IMG/VR virus record: IMGVR_UViG_3300016667_000302
Location: 1-37,867 of that record
DNA length: 37,867 bases
DNA from: a virus
Taxonomy: Duplodnaviria > Caudoviricetes
Reading direction: 5' to 3' (one strand)
How positions within the stretch are numbered: the stretch's first letter is position 1; each line of letters starts with the position of its first letter. The position numbers were made by a program, and so were the translations under genes. The notes under the pieces were generated by a model, which searched no databases, was not told the origin of the DNA, and worked only from the letters and a program-made list of their open reading frames with translations. Positions 34,607-37,867 of the stretch are shown in pieces.

Positions 34607-35056
34607 TTAAACATCTATAACCTTGCCAGCCCCTGAAATGCCTGCTGGGCCGCTTGCGTCAGTCAGAGATACCTGGTGCCTGACCTCATGAATTGAGCTG
34701 GCTTGCCCTGAGAGAGCCATATACTTGTCCAGTGCCACCCCCATTACAACGGGTAAAACCCCCGGTGGGAGGCTATCAATCTCCTCGCTCATCCTCTCCA
34801 TGGCTTGGTTGGCCAAATGGAGCAACCTCGCTGGCGTGCGGGTGCTGTAGTACTTGGTCGCAAAAGCGGGGTTGTCTTGCACCTCTTTGGTGCGGATTGC
34901 CATCAATGTCCGCTTATTGATCCCAACTTGCTCCGCAGTCTCGTTAATGCCTCCCCCTTTGGCCAGCAAATCAAGCGCGCGCTGCCTCACCTCCTCGGGG
35001 ATTAGCTCGCCAGTGTGTACCTTTGTCCCGTCCGTCCGCAGTAGGTCGCTTGCCAT
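34607..35056 (-). CDS. Terminase small subunit candidate (N-terminal HTH)
   Basis: LLAKGGGINETAEQVGINKRTL HTH, helical middle with GVALDK, C-terminal KVIDV. ATG 35056 with C/A leader (alternative GTG 35080). Confidence 0.65.
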   Translation of the reverse strand: MASDLLRTDGTKVHTGELIPEEVRQRALDLLAKGGGINETAEQVGINKRTLMAIRTKEVQDNPAFATKYYSTRTPARLLHLANQAMERMSEEIDSLPPGVLPVVMGVALDKYMALSGQASSIHEVRHQVSLTDASGPAGISGAGKVIDV

Positions 35057-35076
35057 TTGTGTTGCGTTCCCTCCTC

Positions 35077-35223
35077 TCACCGCTTCCTCTTCGGTCTTCC
35101 CCCTTGCGCCCCGTTCTCGCGGCTCGCGTTTGTCTTTTTTGCGCTGGTTGACTGCCCTCCATGCCTCCCAATCCCCTCGAGGTACGTCTTGACTACGGCA
35201 GGCAATCTCTTTTTTGGTTTCAT
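35077..35223 (-). CDS. Small basic protein (48 aa)
   Basis: IGRHGGQSTSAKKTNASRENGAQGGRP. ATG 35223 preceded by GAGGGAAGG. Confidence 0.7.
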   Translation of the reverse strand: MKPKKRLPAVVKTYLEGIGRHGGQSTSAKKTNASRENGAQGGRPKRKR

Positions 35224-35251
35224 CCTTCCCTCGGCGCTACCATAACCACCA

Positions 35252-35293
35252 CAAAATGACAAGCCCCAAAGGATTGCTCCATTGGGGCTGGTC
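35252..35293 (-). terminator. Probable terminator hairpin
   Basis: GACCAGCCCCAATGGA-GCAA-TCCTTTGGGGCTTGTC followed by ATTTT. GNRA loop on the minus strand. Confidence 0.6.
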
Positions 35294-35318
35294 TTGATTC
35301 GCTTGTGTTCTGGTTTGT

Positions 35319-35594
35319 TTAACTATCGTATGGAAACCAGTTCCGCCTCCACTCCTCTCTCAGTCTGCAAATCGCCGCCTCTATCCTCTCCCAAGTTTCC
35401 TGCGGGATTTCATCCGTAACCCCGTTTGCCAACTCTAGCTCATATCCCTCCATATAGCCGCACCAAACGAACGTATCGATATCCCCATCCTCTCCAACTA
35501 TCCAGAATTCCTCTCCGTCCCTTCTGGCTTCGATTCGCCATCCGTCGACCTGGATTGCCATGCATTCCCCGCTTGCATTTTCTACCCAATTCAT
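35319..35594 (-). CDS. Hypothetical acidic protein (91 aa)
   Basis: Start refined to ATG 35594 (ATGA overlap). Confidence 0.7.
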   Translation of the reverse strand: MNWVENASGECMAIQVDGWRIEARRDGEEFWIVGEDGDIDTFVWCGYMEGYELELANGVTDEIPQETWERIEAAICRLREEWRRNWFPYDS

Positions 35595-36517
35595 TCCAGC
35601 CCCCCTTCCAATTCTTTTTTGCTCGCAACCTTCCTCGCAATCGTGAGCGCCAGCAATTGAGCTGATGGGTTCCCGGTACGCATTAACTCGGGCAGTGTCG
35701 CGCTGTCTCCTATCCCATGCGTTGCCTGAAATTGAGCGATGCCCGGAGAGCAAAACCCGAGTGCTTTTGCGTCCTTTATCGTTGCAACAACGCCGTTACA
35801 CAGTCGCGCAACCAGTTTTGCCCTTCTGCTGATTTTTGCTGCGTTGCGTGTAAGCTTTTGCTGGCGCTCAATTGCATTCAGTTTTTTCCTCAGCCCCCTT
35901 TGGGCATCCTCTGGCGATTTAACGGAGTGGTAACAAACACCGTCCTTGTGCGCAATCCAGCCTGCCTCTGACAGGATTTTTTGTCCGCATTTGCGGACCC
36001 AAACGCACCTGCCATCCGGGAGCAGACTTATTAATGGCAACCCGTCCCTCGCGGATGCCTCCCTGATTTGCTGGTTGTCTGCCAGCCCGATTACCCCCTC
36101 AATGTTTAGGGCCACGCAATGGATGGCATCCGTTTTGCGATAGGATTTTTTCCCGGGATAGCTGGCGCCTAGACTGGTCCGTGTGTCTGCCATCGCCTCA
36201 CACTCTACCCAATCCACCCTAAACTCGGTTTCGCCCGAGTACATCCCTCCCATTTTTACTGCAGTCCTACCTAGCGTTTCCGCAGTTTTAACAATTCGCT
36301 CCGCATTCTCCCGCCTGTCCTTTGGGATTCTGGCTGTCGCTTCCCGCGCAATTCTGACCGCATCAACAGCTATTTTTAGCATCTCAACGGTTTCCTCCGG
36401 TATCCGTAAACATTTGATTTTCTCGGTCATTTCATCTTGCGCCGCCTGCAGTTTTGACTCCCACTTTTGCGCGTGGAGTGTGCGTTTAATATCGTTTACT
36501 ACTGTTTCCGGTTTCAT
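35591..36517 (-). CDS. Hypothetical protein
   Basis: 308-aa ORF with a long C/A-repeat leader and C-terminal LGFCSPGIAQF motif. Confidence 0.8.
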   Translation of the reverse strand: MKPETVVNDIKRTLHAQKWESKLQAAQDEMTEKIKCLRIPEETVEMLKIAVDAVRIAREATARIPKDRRENAERIVKTAETLGRTAVKMGGMYSGETEFRVDWVECEAMADTRTSLGASYPGKKSYRKTDAIHCVALNIEGVIGLADNQQIREASARDGLPLISLLPDGRCVWVRKCGQKILSEAGWIAHKDGVCYHSVKSPEDAQRGLRKKLNAIERQQKLTRNAAKISRRAKLVARLCNGVVATIKDAKALGFCSPGIAQFQATHGIGDSATLPELMRTGNPSAQLLALTIARKVASKKELEGGLE

Positions 36518-36524
36518 TCTGAGT

Positions 36525-36549
36525 GTGTTGTGTTGTGTTGTGTTGTGTT
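36525..36549 (-). repeat. (AACAC)5 tandem repeat in a translation leader
   Basis: Five perfect GTGTT units on the plus strand just upstream of ATG 36517. Confidence 0.85.
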
Positions 36550-36763
36550 ACCTAACAGTCCCGCATTTGCAGTCCATTGCCCCGCATAGGATGCGTTTGA
36601 CGCGCGCCAGTTGTCTTTTGGCTCTCGCGTCCCCGTGGGCCGCATTTAGCTCCAAAAAGTGCAGCGGGGTTGCGCTTGGCTCCGTGGCATAGATTTCCGG
36701 CAAAACCACTACGCACTCTGTGCGGTGGAATGAGTTTCTGAGCGTGATTTTTGCGTTTTTCAT
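36548..36763 (-). CDS. Hypothetical protein
   Basis: ITLRNSFHRTE...RILCGAMDCKCG, SD GGAGG. Confidence 0.7.
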   Translation of the reverse strand: MKNAKITLRNSFHRTECVVVLPEIYATEPSATPLHFLELNAAHGDARAKRQLARVKRILCGAMDCKCGTVR

Positions 36764-36915
36764 TTGTTTCCTCCTGCAATCATTTCATCCAACACTTCCC
36801 CAACCGTTCTGCCTTGTTTAAACGCCAGCGCTGCCAGCGTGCTTGCGGTTTTGATCAGCACCATGGGCATGATGCGCACCTTTTCTGGACCTTTTGGGCG
36901 TCCCCTCTTTTTCAT
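36760..36915 (-). CDS. Small DNA-binding protein (RGRP hook plus ribbon-helix-helix-like; 51 aa, not in ORF track)
   Basis: MKKRGRPKGPEKVRIMPMVLIKTASTLAALAFKQGRTVGEVLDEMIAGGNK, ATGA overlaps at both ends. Confidence 0.7.
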   Translation of the reverse strand: MKKRGRPKGPEKVRIMPMVLIKTASTLAALAFKQGRTVGEVLDEMIAGGNK

Positions 36916-37616
36916 TCTTCCCCCTCTCCACAGGCAATTGCGCTTGCCTTTTTCCTAGCGCTCCCATGCGCCAAAAATCCCACGATAACCGACCGATCCG
37001 CCCTAGCGCACAACTGGCATTTTGCACACGTCATGCCGGGGAGATCCTCGCGTTGTGCGGGGCAAACAATAATCTTCCGCCCTTTGGGGGTCTGGTTTGT
37101 AAGCGGTGCTCCCTCTGGTAGCAGACACACTACCGGACCCGCATCGGCATCCGCCAGAGCATCCGCATGGGCGGGATTGTTGCCTGATAGGTTAACCGTA
37201 AAACCCTCCCGATTCGCCCATCGGATGGATGCTCTGTTTGTGGTTTCCAGATTGCCAGCCCCCAACACTGGCTTGTGTGAGTATGTAAACCCACGCTTGC
37301 CTTTGTTGGCACGCACAAGGGTTTCCAGCCCATCCGTGTCAATCCGGTCACCCTCACCCGGCAGGTCACCAGCTTGGTTATGCCTCCAAACCTGATTTTC
37401 AGGGAGGGAGCGGATTTTGTCAGCAAAGGCAAGCAAAGCCTCGCCACGTTCTCCATTTGTCACCTTATCCCAATGCATCCCAAGGGGGCCACCTTCGGCA
37501 TAGCATCCCTTTTTCCTGAGAGGGCACGCAGGGGGGCAAGATTGCCTCCCCGTAGTGCTCACCGGGATGGGGCCGGTTTTGACGTTGTCGCTTTGGATTG
37601 TGAGATGGAAATTCAC
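36912..37616 (-). CDS. Cys-cluster phage protein (Gp88/DUF7227-like, possibly Fe-S)
   Basis: N.KTG, CPPACP..KGCYA, WRHNQAGD, FTYSH, VNLS, CPAQ...CAKCQLC, GFLAHG. Confidence 0.7.
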   Translation of the reverse strand: MNFHLTIQSDNVKTGPIPVSTTGRQSCPPACPLRKKGCYAEGGPLGMHWDKVTNGERGEALLAFADKIRSLPENQVWRHNQAGDLPGEGDRIDTDGLETLVRANKGKRGFTYSHKPVLGAGNLETTNRASIRWANREGFTVNLSGNNPAHADALADADAGPVVCLLPEGAPLTNQTPKGRKIIVCPAQREDLPGMTCAKCQLCARADRSVIVGFLAHGSARKKASAIACGEGEE

Positions 37617-37867
37617 TCAGCACCCCCTTCCGTGTCAAAGCGTACCAGATTGCGAACTAGTAACTCCTCAAAGCCGTAAACAGCTTTTTCCCCGCAGCAT
37701 TCGCACTCATACCGCCTAGCGTCAGGTTCAACGCCATAGGCTAGTTCCCCGCATGATAGACACCAGCCCTCTCCATTGTCGGAGTAGCTCATAAATTCCT
37801 GAGTGTCCACAAACACGGGGAGCCGTCCCGTTTTTCCGTTTTTTGCCCTGTAAGGTTGGCTTGTCAT
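37613..37867 (-). CDS. Small zinc-ribbon protein
   Basis: GWCLSCGE...VEPDARRYECECCGE..VYG, two CxxC pairs. Confidence 0.8.
   Translation of the reverse strand: MTSQPYRAKNGKTGRLPVFVDTQEFMSYSDNGEGWCLSCGELAYGVEPDARRYECECCGEKAVYGFEELLVRNLVRFDTEGGAE

Larger units (their letters stand above)
1..37867 (-). mobile_element. Tailed phage (Caudoviricetes, podovirus-like) genome, complete or near-complete
   Basis: TerL-portal-scaffold-MCP-tail-lysis-ejection protein synteny plus a DnaB replication module. All genes are co-oriented with many ATGA/TGATG overlaps. No tape measure or sheath gene and no host genes recognised. Confidence 0.95.

Overview
The window looks like a complete or near-complete tailed-phage genome with podovirus-type architecture. 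Every credible gene is on the minus strand. In transcription order (right to left) it carries small early/hypothetical genes, a TerS candidate, a repeat-rich non-coding gap, an inserted cassette (cupin-fold protein, Rnl5/DRB0094-type RNA ligase, tRNA-shaped RNA with a 34-nt loop in place of the anticodon loop), TerL, portal, scaffold, major capsid, tail proteins, lysis genes and ejection proteins. A replication/recombination module follows: SSB-like protein, Holliday junction resolvase, RecE-like exonuclease, MazG, small serine recombinase, a two-frame split C5 methyltransferase, initiator-like protein and DnaB. No integrase, DNA polymerase or RNA polymerase was recognised. The best novelty candidates are RNA-level. 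(1) The RNA ligase plus anticodon-less tRNA mimic cassette. (2) A G/U-rich 3' RNA antisense to the phage's own C/A-rich translation leaders, matching 17/18 nt over the initiator start codon. (3) An exact tRNA minihelix after the capsid gene. Family names come from motif recognition and recall, not from database searches, and RNA structures were paired by hand.
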